A program made the translations under genes and the position numbers. A DNA stretch of 64,000 nucleotides from a virus, in the IMG/VR virus record IMGVR_UViG_3300007790_000161, positions 5,809 through 69,808 of that record. One strand, 5' to 3'. Shown here piece after piece: positions 31,761-42,452 of the stretch. Each line of letters begins with the position of its first letter. Positions within the stretch are counted from its first letter, which is position 1. The notes below the pieces were generated by a model. The model was not told the DNA's origin and made no database searches. It saw only the letters and a program-made list of their open reading frames with translations.

Positions 31761-33455
31761 ATGACTTATATTTACCATGTAAAAAGTGAAGGCCCTATCG
31801 GTCTATGGTCTTTTGATTCACTTCCACTCAATGATGACTCTGGATATGGCAATAACGCTACATATTCAGGAACACCTACCACAACCCGCCCAATTGTCGC
31901 GGGTGGTGTTGCTGCGCAATCAATCACTTCAGATGACACAGTAAATTACCCAATCAGCTCGGTAATGATTGCTGGCAGGGAGACTAGAGCTTTTTCATTG
32001 GAAGCCTGGATTAAGCCTCAGGCTGGTGACGTAGCTATCATTGCACGAGATAACAGCGGCCTTTTCCTTGACGGCATGAACATCAGATTCTCTCTAGCTT
32101 TTGGAACAACAATTAGTGCAGAATACAAGCATTTGAATGCAGGAAATGTCTATCACGTTGTCGGAGCTTATGATGGAGCTTCTATTTCTCTTTACGTTAA
32201 CGGCGAAGTTGTGGCTAGTTCTGAAATCGACATTTCTGTCATTAATACAGGATTTTCAGATACAGCAGCAAATCTAAAGACGACTGCTACATCATCAATT
32301 GTTATTGATACCCCTGCCGTATACAATTATGCACTAGATTCTTTTGCTATTAACAGGCATTACTATAAGGGAATCGATTATCCAGAGATTATTAATCTTT
32401 CCCTGAACAATGGTGGAAAGTATTACGAATTCTCTGATGAGCATACATCAATTTATGGCCGGGTCTCTTTTGGGGAAACAGACTCATGGAGCACCGGTTT
32501 GATGGATAGCACTCTATCCGAAGTTGATAACAGATTGGTAAATCTATATGATGAAGCTTCTGACTCTTACCTAGGTGGAACTTGGACGTATCAGTATTCT
32601 GTTGATTCCGAAACGGGCTCCGGAATTACACTCAATGGTTCAAGAATCACATGGAAGTCGCTTGGTTCAGTAGTTGTTGAAACTTCATTGGATGATGTAA
32701 CTTGGACTCCAGTGACAAGCGGTTCTTCAATTGTTGGTACAGAAGATTTGTCAGATGGATATGCTGTATCTGTGCGAATTACCATTCCGACAACGACTGA
32801 GCAAACCTATGTAGACAATCTTAAGATTGTATTTTATACAAATAAGACAATCATCGGAAGTGATGAGTCTTTGCCAGCAACGTTTGTTAATCCATTGACA
32901 GTTACGTTGTCCGAGGAATCTTTCGACCCTGCAAGTTTTAACGATAATGTTGGAGTTCTATTGCCAGCAAATAATGGTTTGTCAATTCCAGCAGATACAG
33001 ATTTTGACCCATATACAGCAGTCGAAATGACGGTGAGATTCGAGTCCAGCACTGCTAGCAAGACTGTTCTTTCTGTAGGCTCAGCCTCTATTACTACCAA
33101 TGGAAGTGGTCAATGGGTATTTTCTGGCCTCACTGCGCTTTATGTAGATGGTGTTGCGGTCACATCCCCAGCAACCCTGACACCAGGATTGTGGCACCAC
33201 GTTCTTGCTGTATTTTCTGCAACAACCTCCCAAGTCTATGTAGGCAATGATTCTGGAGGAACGGCGGGTTACCCAATGAGACTCGGCTACCTTGCTTTGT
33301 ATGCAGACCCTATCACAGCTACGATGGCAGACGCAATTTTTGATACTTGGGTTGGTACAGCAGCAATTCGAGTGACTGAATCTGCTGTCGCAAATGTTAC
33401 AGAGAGCGGATATAGAGGATATTCATTCGACTGGTCTATTACTGGAGCGGGATGA
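31761..33455 (+). CDS. LamG/concanavalin-like virion protein
   Basis: FSLEAWIK, YHVVGAYDG.SISLYVNG and a second WHHVLAVF; own promoter at 31722-31751. Confidence 0.78.
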   Translation: MTYIYHVKSEGPIGLWSFDSLPLNDDSGYGNNATYSGTPTTTRPIVAGGVAAQSITSDDTVNYPISSVMIAGRETRAFSLEAWIKPQAGDVAIIARDNSGLFLDGMNIRFSLAFGTTISAEYKHLNAGNVYHVVGAYDGASISLYVNGEVVASSEIDISVINTGFSDTAANLKTTATSSIVIDTPAVYNYALDSFAINRHYYKGIDYPEIINLSLNNGGKYYEFSDEHTSIYGRVSFGETDSWSTGLMDSTLSEVDNRLVNLYDEASDSYLGGTWTYQYSVDSETGSGITLNGSRITWKSLGSVVVETSLDDVTWTPVTSGSSIVGTEDLSDGYAVSVRITIPTTTEQTYVDNLKIVFYTNKTIIGSDESLPATFVNPLTVTLSEESFDPASFNDNVGVLLPANNGLSIPADTDFDPYTAVEMTVRFESSTASKTVLSVGSASITTNGSGQWVFSGLTALYVDGVAVTSPATLTPGLWHHVLAVFSATTSQVYVGNDSGGTAGYPMRLGYLALYADPITATMADAIFDTWVGTAAIRVTESAVANVTESGYRGYSFDWSITGAG

Positions 33456-33541
33456 TGACAAAAATCGATGCTAACTTTGATTTTTGACGCATTTCGAACC
33501 ATAATTTGCCCTTAAGTAAAGGTAAAGGTATAATTCTAATC

Positions 33542-33859
33542 ATGAAGACTACAAGAAAGCAAATCGTAGAAGAGGTCCCCTGGGGCGTATATGTCTGGGA
33601 AATGCCTGATGGTCGCTGGATTGGTGACGATGAGGGTAATTTCTTGAATATTGCCTCTATGAAGGGTGACCGAAAGCGACTTCAGCAGCTTAAGGATGCT
33701 GTTCGCTCTTACGGCATTACGGAAGGTAAGCCGTTTTTCCTGTCTGGTCACAGGCAGGTAGATGATGAAGAATTTGAAAACCAGAAGCGCCGCATGGCAT
33801 TTGGCCTAGTTCCAGATGAGCTTGATGTGGCTGCTTTCAGAGAGGGTCAGGCTAAGTAA
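33542..33859 (+). CDS. conserved hypothetical protein upstream of portal
   Basis: ATG 7 nt after TATAAT of promoter TTGCCC-N17-TATAAT (33506-33534). Confidence 0.7.
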   Translation: MKTTRKQIVEEVPWGVYVWEMPDGRWIGDDEGNFLNIASMKGDRKRLQQLKDAVRSYGITEGKPFFLSGHRQVDDEEFENQKRRMAFGLVPDELDVAAFREGQAK

Positions 33860-35442
33860 TGGCACATAAGGTTGTATCAGCCGAAGATGAGCCTCAGGAA
33901 ATTGAGGTAAAGGTCGGCTCAATTGTTGAGTATGCTGCATCTTCAAGAGAGATTGATGTTTTCTCAAAGCCAGCCGATGAAGTCCGAAAGATGGACGGAA
34001 TTACTGCTGCCCTAAAGCGTAAGACTACAAGGGAGATTCAGAAGTTCCAGCGGGGAACTGGTGGCGCAAAGACAAAGCGCGAAGAGCGCGATGAAATCAC
34101 CGGATACAACCTGTTTGAGGTGGTTATGCCACCATATAATCTCGATTACTTGGCTGCTCTTTTTGAGAAGTCTAGTCCTCACGCAGCAGCAGTAAAGGCT
34201 AAGGTAAAGAATATTGCCGGATTGGGATACCAATTCGTAGAATCAGAGCTTACAAAGGAAAAGCTCGATTCAGCAGATGGTGATGAAGAAAAGCTATCTC
34301 GTATTAGAAGGAAGCTGTCCAAGGGCAGAAGAGAGCTTAATGATTGGCTCGACTCTTGTAACGAAGAGGACGAATTTGATGAGACATTGGCCAAGCTTTG
34401 GACAGATTACGAAACGACGGGAAATGCTTATCTAGAGATTGGTCGAAAGACAACTGGAGAGATTGGTTATGTTGGTCATATTCCATCAACCACTCTTCGC
34501 ATTAGAAAGCAGCGAGATGGATTTATTCAGATTATTTCCAATCGAGCAGTTTTCTTCAGAAACTTTGGGGACATGGAGACTCCCGACCCAATTGGTCATG
34601 ACCCACGTCCTAACGAGATTATTCATTTCAAGAAGTATTCTCCAACACATGGATATTATGGAGTTCCAGATATTGTTGCTGCCATGAATGCCGTGACTGG
34701 TAATGAATTTTCTGCACGCTTCAATCTTGATTATTTTGAGAATAAGGCCGTTCCTCGTTACGTTATCGTTATCAAGGGTGGTAATCTCTCAGCAAGGTCA
34801 GAGCAGCAGATTCTAGAATTTTTCCAGGCGTCACTCAAGGGTAAGAATCACAGGACACTCTATGTTCCGTTGCCTGCGGATGAAGAAGGTAAGAAGGTTT
34901 CATTCGAAATGAAGCCTGTTGAAACTGGAACACAGGACTCTTCATTCAACAACTACCGCAAGGGTAACTTGAATGAAATTCTTATGGCTCACGGTGTGCC
35001 AATTTCAAAGATTTCTCTCGGTGAGGGTATTTCTTTGGCGGCTGCTCGTGATGCTGATAAGACATTTAAGGAGCAGGTATGTCGTCCAGACCAGAGAATT
35101 CTAGAAAAGAAGTTGAATAAGATTATCAAGGAATTGACAGACGTCTTTGTCCTAAAGTTGAACGAGCTTTCTTTGACTGATGAAGATACTCAGTCAAAGA
35201 TTGATGAGCGTTACCTACGTCTTGGAACCTACCTTCCAAATGAAGTCCGTGCACGTCAGGGTCTTCCTGGAATTAAGGGTGGAGACAAGCCTGTGGAACT
35301 TAAGCCTCAGCAGGCGGCAGAGCAAAAGACTCAGGCTTCAGGTAATAGGAGAAGGGACCAGGAGCGAGAAGCAAATTCAACTGACTCGGCCTCTTCAACT
35401 AATTCAAGAAATCCTCAAGGAGAGGGGAGACAGTCCGCCTAA
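33859..35442 (+). CDS. portal protein
   Basis: HK97/PBSX-like motifs TGNAYLE, YYGVPD, FENKAVPR and HGVP; position in the head module. Confidence 0.9.
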   Translation: MAHKVVSAEDEPQEIEVKVGSIVEYAASSREIDVFSKPADEVRKMDGITAALKRKTTREIQKFQRGTGGAKTKREERDEITGYNLFEVVMPPYNLDYLAALFEKSSPHAAAVKAKVKNIAGLGYQFVESELTKEKLDSADGDEEKLSRIRRKLSKGRRELNDWLDSCNEEDEFDETLAKLWTDYETTGNAYLEIGRKTTGEIGYVGHIPSTTLRIRKQRDGFIQIISNRAVFFRNFGDMETPDPIGHDPRPNEIIHFKKYSPTHGYYGVPDIVAAMNAVTGNEFSARFNLDYFENKAVPRYVIVIKGGNLSARSEQQILEFFQASLKGKNHRTLYVPLPADEEGKKVSFEMKPVETGTQDSSFNNYRKGNLNEILMAHGVPISKISLGEGISLAAARDADKTFKEQVCRPDQRILEKKLNKIIKELTDVFVLKLNELSLTDEDTQSKIDERYLRLGTYLPNEVRARQGLPGIKGGDKPVELKPQQAAEQKTQASGNRRRDQEREANSTDSASSTNSRNPQGEGRQSA

Positions 35443-35447
35443 TATAG

Positions 35448-35906
35448 ATGATTAATTTCCTAAGAAGAGCTTGGGAGGGTTTGGCACTAGCATTGTCAAG
35501 ACCCGTAAACAAAGTAGCCGCAGCAACGCTGTCAGTGTATACATTTCTTTGGGGGTTGTGGCTAGTAAGCCCCTTCTGGGAAGTGTTCAGCGGAGCACAC
35601 GTCTATTCTTGGTTGGACTCAGTTGCGTCCGAAACAATCTGGGGAATTTTGGCTATGGCCGTAGGAGCAGCAATGACCTACGGCCTTGTCAAAGGCTCAG
35701 AGAATTCACTAACGATTGGAGCATTTGTCGGATTCCTTCACTGGCTTGTCATCGGAATGGGATATTTTGCTGGAGATTGGCATAACACCGGAGGACTAAC
35801 ATCTTCTGCTATGGCTATTTTCTGTGCAGCTATCTATCTAAACATGCGATTCCTACATTTTAGACAGAATGATTTGGCTTTTGAAAAGGACTCTGATATT
35901 ATTTAG
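35448..35906 (+). CDS. membrane protein (4 TM)
   Basis: Four hydrophobic helices. Confidence 0.7.
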   Translation: MINFLRRAWEGLALALSRPVNKVAAATLSVYTFLWGLWLVSPFWEVFSGAHVYSWLDSVASETIWGILAMAVGAAMTYGLVKGSENSLTIGAFVGFLHWLVIGMGYFAGDWHNTGGLTSSAMAIFCAAIYLNMRFLHFRQNDLAFEKDSDII

Positions 35907-35908
35907 CT

Positions 35909-37243
35909 ATGGAGATTAAGAAGGCTCAATGGGCTTCAGACGGCGATAATGTTCGTCTAATGATGCCACTTTCTAAGGTTGATAAGGAGAACCGCCTGGT
36001 TTCAGGTTGGGCTTCTCTTGACAACGCTGATTCCCAGGGGGATGTCGTCCTCAAGGAAGCTAATCAGCGCGCTTTCAGCCGTTTCCGTGGAAACATCCGT
36101 GAAATGCATCAGCCTATTGCTGTTGGACGAATGGTTGATTTCAAGGAAGACTCCTACTTCGACCAGGAGACACAGAAGTTCTATAACGGAATTTTCGTTA
36201 CAGTCTATGTCTCTAAGGGTGCACAGGATACTTGGGAGAAGGTTCTTGATGGAACGCTCCAGGGATTTTCTATCGGTGGTGCCATCATTGATGCCGAAAC
36301 ACAGTGGGTAAAGGACGCAGGTCGTGCAATCCGCTTTGTTAAGGACTATGAATTGGTGGAACTAAGTTTGGTAGATTCTCCAGCAAACCAGCTTGCTAAT
36401 GTATTCTCAATTACAAAGGCTGCCGATGGTAGTCAAGTAATGAAGGGAATGGTGGCAGACACTCATTCAGAGAATGTCTTCTACTGTGAGGCAGATGGTA
36501 TTGCCAAGACTTCCACCGAGGAATCTGTTTCTTGTGGAAACTGTGGTTCCGCGATGCAGAACATCGGATGGTTTGAGTACGAAAGCGATGAAGAGAAGAC
36601 TGAAAAGGTGTCCACGCTTATCGCTAATCGTAATTCTTCTACTACGAGCGGTTCAGAGGAACCAATCGCTAAGCAGGAAACTGCACATAACGAAGGAGGT
36701 GTAATCGTGGCAGAAGAGAACAAGACTCCTGAGACTGAGGTTGATGCCGGTTCTACTGCAACAGTCGTTGACGAGGTTGCTGAAGAGGGTAAGGCTGAGA
36801 CTGAGGTTGAGTCAAGCACAGAGGAAGTAGCAAAGGAAGAGCAGACAGAGAACGAGGATAAGTCTGACGAGGAAAAGGCTACTGAGACTGAGAACGCTTC
36901 TGAGGAGGACCCAGATATCGCAAAGATGTTTGGTGACCTACAGACAGCTATCGAGTCTGGCCTTGAGAAGAATGCTAAGCAGGCTGACGAAGCAATTGCT
37001 AAGGCAACTGAAGCATTTGAGAACAAGGTAGAAGAGCTTGTAAAGAAGCACGACGAGCTTGTAACTAAGTTTGAGTCTCTAAAGACTGACATTGGTGGCG
37101 TTGAGAAGCGCCTCGGTGTTGTAGAGTCTGAGACTGCTATTAAGAAGTCCGGCGACCTAGGCGGGTCAACGGAGGAAACCCTACAGAAGAGTAAGGGTTC
37201 TACGTGGGGCGGGCGCTTCCTCGGCCTTTCCGACCTACACTAA
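35909..37243 (+). CDS. capsid maturation protease fused to a scaffold region
   Basis: REMHQ..AVG, GFSIGG and ELSLVDSPAN, followed by an acidic linker and coiled coil. Confidence 0.88.
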   Translation: MEIKKAQWASDGDNVRLMMPLSKVDKENRLVSGWASLDNADSQGDVVLKEANQRAFSRFRGNIREMHQPIAVGRMVDFKEDSYFDQETQKFYNGIFVTVYVSKGAQDTWEKVLDGTLQGFSIGGAIIDAETQWVKDAGRAIRFVKDYELVELSLVDSPANQLANVFSITKAADGSQVMKGMVADTHSENVFYCEADGIAKTSTEESVSCGNCGSAMQNIGWFEYESDEEKTEKVSTLIANRNSSTTSGSEEPIAKQETAHNEGGVIVAEENKTPETEVDAGSTATVVDEVAEEGKAETEVESSTEEVAKEEQTENEDKSDEEKATETENASEEDPDIAKMFGDLQTAIESGLEKNAKQADEAIAKATEAFENKVEELVKKHDELVTKFESLKTDIGGVEKRLGVVESETAIKKSGDLGGSTEETLQKSKGSTWGGRFLGLSDLH

Positions 37244-37279
37244 TTTATTCCTAGGAAATATGGAGGTGACACAAACAGA

Positions 37280-38275
37280 ATGAGTAATGAATTGCTAGAG
37301 AAGGTTATCCGTACCACCGAAGTTGGTGCTGGTGGCGGTGGTCTTCTAAACGCTGAGCAGGCAGACCGCTTCATTGATTACATGTGGGATTCTACGGTAC
37401 TTGGTTCACAGGTTCGTACAATTCGTATGCGTTCAACTGAGGTGGATATTGACAAGGTTGGTGTTGGTGAGCGTCTAATGCGTGTGGCTACCGAGGCTGT
37501 TGACGATGGTGTCAACGCTGGAGCAGTCTTCACGAAGATTTCTCTTACCACAAAGAAGTTGCGTCTCGACTGGGAGCTTTCAACCGAGTCCCTTGAGGAC
37601 AACCTTGAGGGTGAGGCTCTTGAGGACCACATTGCGCGCCTTATGGCAACGCAGGCTGGTAACGACATTGAGGATGTTGCTATTAACGGTAACACCGCGC
37701 TTACTTCCGACCCGCTAATGAAGGCATTCGATGGTTGGCGTAAGCTAGCCCTTGCCGGTGGACACGTTGTTGACCACGCGGGACAGCCACTTAACCGTGC
37801 TGCTGCGAACAAGGCTCTTAAGGCAATGCCACGTAAGTACATGCAGCGCCGTAACGGTCTTAAGTTCTTCACAGGTTCAAACCTAATTCAGGATTACCTA
37901 TACGGTCTAACCCAGACCGCTTCAGGTCTAATCTCACTTGAGAACGTCGCAGAGGGAGTTACACGTAATGGTGTACGCACCGAGGGACCTGCTGGATTTA
38001 CCAGCACCCCAATGTTCGGTATCCCAACTCAGGAGGTTCCACTATTCCTTGAGACAGTGGACGGTGACTATTCAGGTGCTACAGGTGACCACGGTGACCT
38101 CTGGCTCACATTCCCTCAGAACATGCTCTGGGGTGTAAAGCGTGAGATTCAGGTTTACCGCGAGTTCAAGCCAAAGAAGGACACCATCGAGTACACAATG
38201 TACTGCCGTGTTGGTACGCAGATTGAGAATGCTGATGCTTTTGTTGTTGTAAAGAACATCAAGGTTTCTGCCTAA
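37280..38275 (+). CDS. major capsid protein
   Basis: HK97-fold size and position; GGLLNAEQADRFI; strongly biased codons; terminator follows. Confidence 0.9.
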   Translation: MSNELLEKVIRTTEVGAGGGGLLNAEQADRFIDYMWDSTVLGSQVRTIRMRSTEVDIDKVGVGERLMRVATEAVDDGVNAGAVFTKISLTTKKLRLDWELSTESLEDNLEGEALEDHIARLMATQAGNDIEDVAINGNTALTSDPLMKAFDGWRKLALAGGHVVDHAGQPLNRAAANKALKAMPRKYMQRRNGLKFFTGSNLIQDYLYGLTQTASGLISLENVAEGVTRNGVRTEGPAGFTSTPMFGIPTQEVPLFLETVDGDYSGATGDHGDLWLTFPQNMLWGVKREIQVYREFKPKKDTIEYTMYCRVGTQIENADAFVVVKNIKVSA

Positions 38276-38289
38276 TATTCTGTTTGACG

Positions 38290-38342
38290 AACCCCCGCTT
38301 TCGAGCGGGGGTTTTGTCGTTGAACGAAGCTTCTGCTATAAT
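38290..38342 (+). terminator. terminator with overlapping promoter
   Basis: AACCCCCGCT-TTCG-AGCGGGGGTT-TT; TTGTCG-N17-TATAAT (38314-38342). Confidence 0.78.
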
Positions 38343-38372
38343 GAAAACACAATAGGAGGAATATCAAATACT

Positions 38373-38774
38373 ATGAGTTTCGATACACTAAAGAAGGAAG
38401 ACCTTCTTAAGATTGCCGACGATTACGGCGTAGACGTAAAGCCTAGCGACACCAAGGCTGTCATCATCGCTGCTTTTGCTGAGGATGGCGTCAATTGGGA
38501 GGATGTTGCTAAGATGGATAAGACTGTAGCTGAAATCGATGCAGAAATCAAGGAGGAGCAGGCTGATAAGGACGCCGCCGAGAAGGCAGCACAGCCAAAG
38601 GCTCTTTTGAAGATGCTTCGTGCGAATGGTACATTTGAGATTCGCGGTTATGTATTTAAGCGTGAGCACCCATTTGCACTCGTTGCTGAGGATGACGCAG
38701 AGTTCATTGTAGAGAATGACCCTGAGGGATTCCGTTATGCAACTCCAAAGGAAGCACAGGCTTTCTACGGATGA
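38373..38774 (+). CDS. hypothetical head-associated protein (Rho-N/SAP-like N-terminus)
   Basis: LKKEDLLKIADDYGVDV...KAVII. Confidence 0.65.
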   Translation: MSFDTLKKEDLLKIADDYGVDVKPSDTKAVIIAAFAEDGVNWEDVAKMDKTVAEIDAEIKEEQADKDAAEKAAQPKALLKMLRANGTFEIRGYVFKREHPFALVAEDDAEFIVENDPEGFRYATPKEAQAFYG

Positions 38775-38839
38775 TTTGCAGCCCCGGAAACGGGGCAAGC
38801 TGGTTATGAAAATAACATACTGGAGTATATAATTAAAAC

Positions 38840-39745
38840 ATGGAAATTTACAGAAACGACCTAGCTAATATTGAATTGAAGGTGCCAGTCACCGCAATCA
38901 ATGGAACCTTCGAGGTGAAAGCCTACGATGGTGATACAGTGCTGTACACATTTCCAACTCCTACTACAATTTCTGGCGGGTACAGTGTAACCCTGCCATT
39001 CAGTCTAGTAGATAATGACGGAAGCTTTGTTATTAAGTGGAAGTTCAATTATCTAGAAGGCTCAACAACTCAGACATATCAGAGTAGCACAATGATTTCT
39101 GTTGTTACGCCATACGCGACAATCGATGAAATCAGAAGCTCTACCGGACTTGCTGTTGATGCGGTTTCAGATGCAGAGCTTGTTAGGGTAGAGAGGCGAA
39201 TCCGTGGGGTTATTGATAATTACACAGGACAGTCCTTTGGCCGGTATGCAGGAACCAAGCAGGTTATTGGTTCTGGAGATAGAGAGCTTAAGGTTCAAGA
39301 AAGGCTGGTAAGACTGGATAACATTACTGGAGCGAACATTGTTTATTCAGATGTTGACGTAGCTTCTCCTGGATTGTACACAGTCAGAGGAGATGGTTGG
39401 TATGTTGGATTCTCAGCTCCAACTCCATCGGGAGATTACGTATTTGAAAACGTAATTAGAGACCCTGATTCTGTTTATACGCGCGGGTTCAGAGATAACT
39501 TCGTATACAGTGTCACAGGAGTATGGGGATGGGAAGACGTTCCTTCTCAGGTAAAGGAAGCCGCTTTGATTCTTATTGAAGATGAGCTGTGCCCTCAGGC
39601 TGAATATAGGGACAGATATCTAAAGAGTATTTCCGGAGATGGCTGGAGATACGAATACAATCCAAATGCATACTATGGAACTGGAAGCGTTATTGCTGAC
39701 CAGATTCTGTCACCATTTAGATATAGTACAATGACGGTGATTTGA
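38840..39745 (+). CDS. head-to-tail adaptor
   Basis: YATIDEIR, IDNYTGQSF, WGWEDVPSQVKEAALIL and position. Confidence 0.75.
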   Translation: MEIYRNDLANIELKVPVTAINGTFEVKAYDGDTVLYTFPTPTTISGGYSVTLPFSLVDNDGSFVIKWKFNYLEGSTTQTYQSSTMISVVTPYATIDEIRSSTGLAVDAVSDAELVRVERRIRGVIDNYTGQSFGRYAGTKQVIGSGDRELKVQERLVRLDNITGANIVYSDVDVASPGLYTVRGDGWYVGFSAPTPSGDYVFENVIRDPDSVYTRGFRDNFVYSVTGVWGWEDVPSQVKEAALILIEDELCPQAEYRDRYLKSISGDGWRYEYNPNAYYGTGSVIADQILSPFRYSTMTVI

Positions 39746-39746
39746 T

Positions 39747-40235
39747 ATGATGAGATGTCTCTCAAGTGCTAAGTTCAGTATGCTTGCTGATATCATCAAG
39801 CCTGCCGGTGCTCCAGCAGATTCATCATCATCTGATGGTCATTGGACATGGGTTCAGGACCCAGATACAGGAGCTTTCTCTGAGGTTTGGGTAACTGATG
39901 ACCCAGACACCACTCCTGTTGAAGGAGATACCAGAACAATTAAGTGTCGAGCAAAGGCGGCTATGACTGGAAGCATTAGAGCCGCTGAGCAATTCGGAGC
40001 ACAATATCTAAATGACGAATGGGTAAAGCTAGAGATTCCTTACAATGCAGATGTCACACTCAGGGATAGGGTAACAAACATTCGCACTCTAAATGGCCAG
40101 ACTCTTTGGTCGGAGGAAGAATCCAGCGGAAATCCACCAACGACATTCGAGGTATTCAGGGTGTCACCAGAAATTGACGGATTTGGAAATCTAATCGGAA
40201 AGATTGCTCTTATCAAGAGGGCGGTGGTTCAGTAA
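39747..40235 (+). CDS. head-to-tail stopper
   Basis: Size, position and beta-rich pattern. Confidence 0.6.
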   Translation: MMRCLSSAKFSMLADIIKPAGAPADSSSSDGHWTWVQDPDTGAFSEVWVTDDPDTTPVEGDTRTIKCRAKAAMTGSIRAAEQFGAQYLNDEWVKLEIPYNADVTLRDRVTNIRTLNGQTLWSEEESSGNPPTTFEVFRVSPEIDGFGNLIGKIALIKRAVVQ

Positions 40236-41059
40236 TGGCAAGGCAATACGTTGGATTCAATGTAGATTTTGCTGAGGCTGCTGCCCTTTCGGGCTTTTTG
40301 AAGACACTCTCTACCGAGATTAAGACAACCAGACACATCGGTCCGGTATTGAAGTATGTTCATTCTGTTATGTCTCAGGAATTCACCGAGTACATGTCAG
40401 TCCTTGCAGCTTCAGCACCTTCTAGATTCCATCATGTTTATGAATGGGGTGAGGCTGGAAATCCTGGTGCCCGTCTTTGGGAGGATGTTCTAATTGGTGG
40501 TGGAAATAACAGAACTGCTACATTTAGATGGAAGGCATCCAAGCAGCTTGTTCCGGTTAGAGACGATTTTAAGGCGGGTGGCGTAAAGCAAATCCACGTC
40601 TTTGTGTGGAAGGCTCCAATTATGGAATACAACAACGCTCTAACAATTGCCCCGAAGAGAGGGAAGTTCCTTGCTTACTTCACTGGACCAACAACGCCAG
40701 AAGGCAAATACAAGATGCAGTTCACACAAAAGCCTATCACAGTAACTAATCCGGGCGGTAAAGCAACCACTGGAGCATTTACAAGAGAGTACGTTTCTTG
40801 GTGGGGAGGCTCAGGTTCTCAAGGAGTTTTCGAGTCCAGACTAAGAAAGGTTCTGGAAGAAGACCTTGGAAAGATGCCCATTGAAGCTGCAACAAAGAAG
40901 TTTCGTAGACCAACTACCAAGACTTTTAAGCTGCAAACTCTAGGTTCTGCTGCTCAAGCAGAAGCTTACGGTTCGGCAGCAGCCAGAAAGTATCTTGGGG
41001 CAAGGTCTAACAAATACATTGAGGCAGCAAGAGCCCGAGAAAGGATTATTTACGGATGA
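40235..41059 (+). CDS. neck or tail-completion protein
   Basis: Position between stopper and terminator. Confidence 0.55.
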   Translation: MARQYVGFNVDFAEAAALSGFLKTLSTEIKTTRHIGPVLKYVHSVMSQEFTEYMSVLAASAPSRFHHVYEWGEAGNPGARLWEDVLIGGGNNRTATFRWKASKQLVPVRDDFKAGGVKQIHVFVWKAPIMEYNNALTIAPKRGKFLAYFTGPTTPEGKYKMQFTQKPITVTNPGGKATTGAFTREYVSWWGGSGSQGVFESRLRKVLEEDLGKMPIEAATKKFRRPTTKTFKLQTLGSAAQAEAYGSAAARKYLGARSNKYIEAARARERIIYG

Positions 41060-41610
41060 CAGATTACAAGCTTGTTGGTGCACATCAAATTAACAAGTGG
41101 CTCTGGTCTAAGCTCAAGGATTTTGAGTATAAGCCGGGGGTTAAGGCATTTGGTGCATATGTAGGTTCCGGAAATACGTCTGGATATCCAGCGATTCCGA
41201 TTATTCCTGGTGCCCAATCAGTGCCATTTTACAATATGACTCAGGGAAAGGCACCATTCCTAGTCTACAACTACATCACTAGTGGATACAATTCTGAGTG
41301 GTGGATTTGTCGAGAACAATGTGCCTATGTGATTTATGATAATGGAGAGGATGCTGACCAGAGGTTGGTTTCCATTCTTCATTATATGACCGACCTTTTG
41401 AAGCGAATGGACTGGACAGCCAGAAACATCAACTACAGTGGATTGACAGACCCCCGCTTTGATATCAAGTTTGTTCAGCTTACCAGCTCTTCTGGACCAG
41501 ATGACTTCCAGCTAACGGAAGACAAGAGTCTCAGGGGAGTAATGGTGGTAATCAACTATGAGTACACAGTTGATATGGACACTCTTGAAGGTAGTGGCCT
41601 AAGAGTATAA
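41056..41610 (+). CDS. tail terminator (putative)
   Basis: Position directly upstream of the major tail gene. Confidence 0.55.
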   Translation: MTDYKLVGAHQINKWLWSKLKDFEYKPGVKAFGAYVGSGNTSGYPAIPIIPGAQSVPFYNMTQGKAPFLVYNYITSGYNSEWWICREQCAYVIYDNGEDADQRLVSILHYMTDLLKRMDWTARNINYSGLTDPRFDIKFVQLTSSSGPDDFQLTEDKSLRGVMVVINYEYTVDMDTLEGSGLRV

Positions 41611-41714
41611 TTTGGGAATTTGGCTTTTTGAACCAAATCACGATAATATACTTTAAGAGGAAGTGCCTAGCCAGCACACAAACTTTTTAACCTAAATGGA
41701 GGTGACATTCAAAG

Positions 41715-42344
41715 ATGGCATATCAGGTACGTAATATTATCATCGGTGCAGCGGCTCTTTACATTTCAGCAAAGGACAGCACTGATGCAGGTTGGGGCAG
41801 CGGTCCAGCGCTACCAGCAGCACCAGGAGCAGGAAGTTCATTCACAACTGTTCTAGACGGTTCCGCTGATTGGCGTCACGCTGGTTTTACAACGGAAGGT
41901 CTTGAGGTTTCTTACGAGCCAGACTACGGAGACGTTGAGGTTGACCAGCTTCTTGACTCAGCTAAGCTCTTCAAGCAGTCTATGCGAGTAACAATCAACA
42001 CGACTCTTGCTGAGGCAGCCCTAGAGAATCTTCTAGTTGCTTGGGGCCAGCAGTCTGCAACCCTTACTTCAACTTCAAGCACGACTGAGCTTGGAATTGC
42101 GGCGGGTGCTCTAGGTGATGAGCCTGTAGAGCGCGCTCTTGTAGCCGTTGGTCCAGGACCAAAGACAGCAGCAGGAGCAAAGCGTGAGCGTCTATACCAC
42201 GCACGTCGTGTTCTTTCTGTAGAGTCTTCAGCTCACAGCGTTCGTCGTAATGAGGCTACGGTATTCCCAGTTGCATTCCGACTTCTACCAGACCCTAACT
42301 TCAGCGGTTCTGAGTACGGTGTAATTCGAGACCGTAACGTCTGA
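41715..42344 (+). CDS. major tail protein
   Basis: GFTTEGLEVSYE, VDQLLD and position; strong RBS, promoter at 41620-41649 and downstream terminator. Confidence 0.85.
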   Translation: MAYQVRNIIIGAAALYISAKDSTDAGWGSGPALPAAPGAGSSFTTVLDGSADWRHAGFTTEGLEVSYEPDYGDVEVDQLLDSAKLFKQSMRVTINTTLAEAALENLLVAWGQQSATLTSTSSTTELGIAAGALGDEPVERALVAVGPGPKTAAGAKRERLYHARRVLSVESSAHSVRRNEATVFPVAFRLLPDPNFSGSEYGVIRDRNV

Positions 42345-42452
42345 TTTTGATTTTATGAAAGTGCCCCGCAGAAATGCGGGGTCTTTCATTTTGTGTTCTT
42401 CAAGATTCATGGTAAACTAGAATCACTAATGGAAGGAAAGGTTTACCAATAA

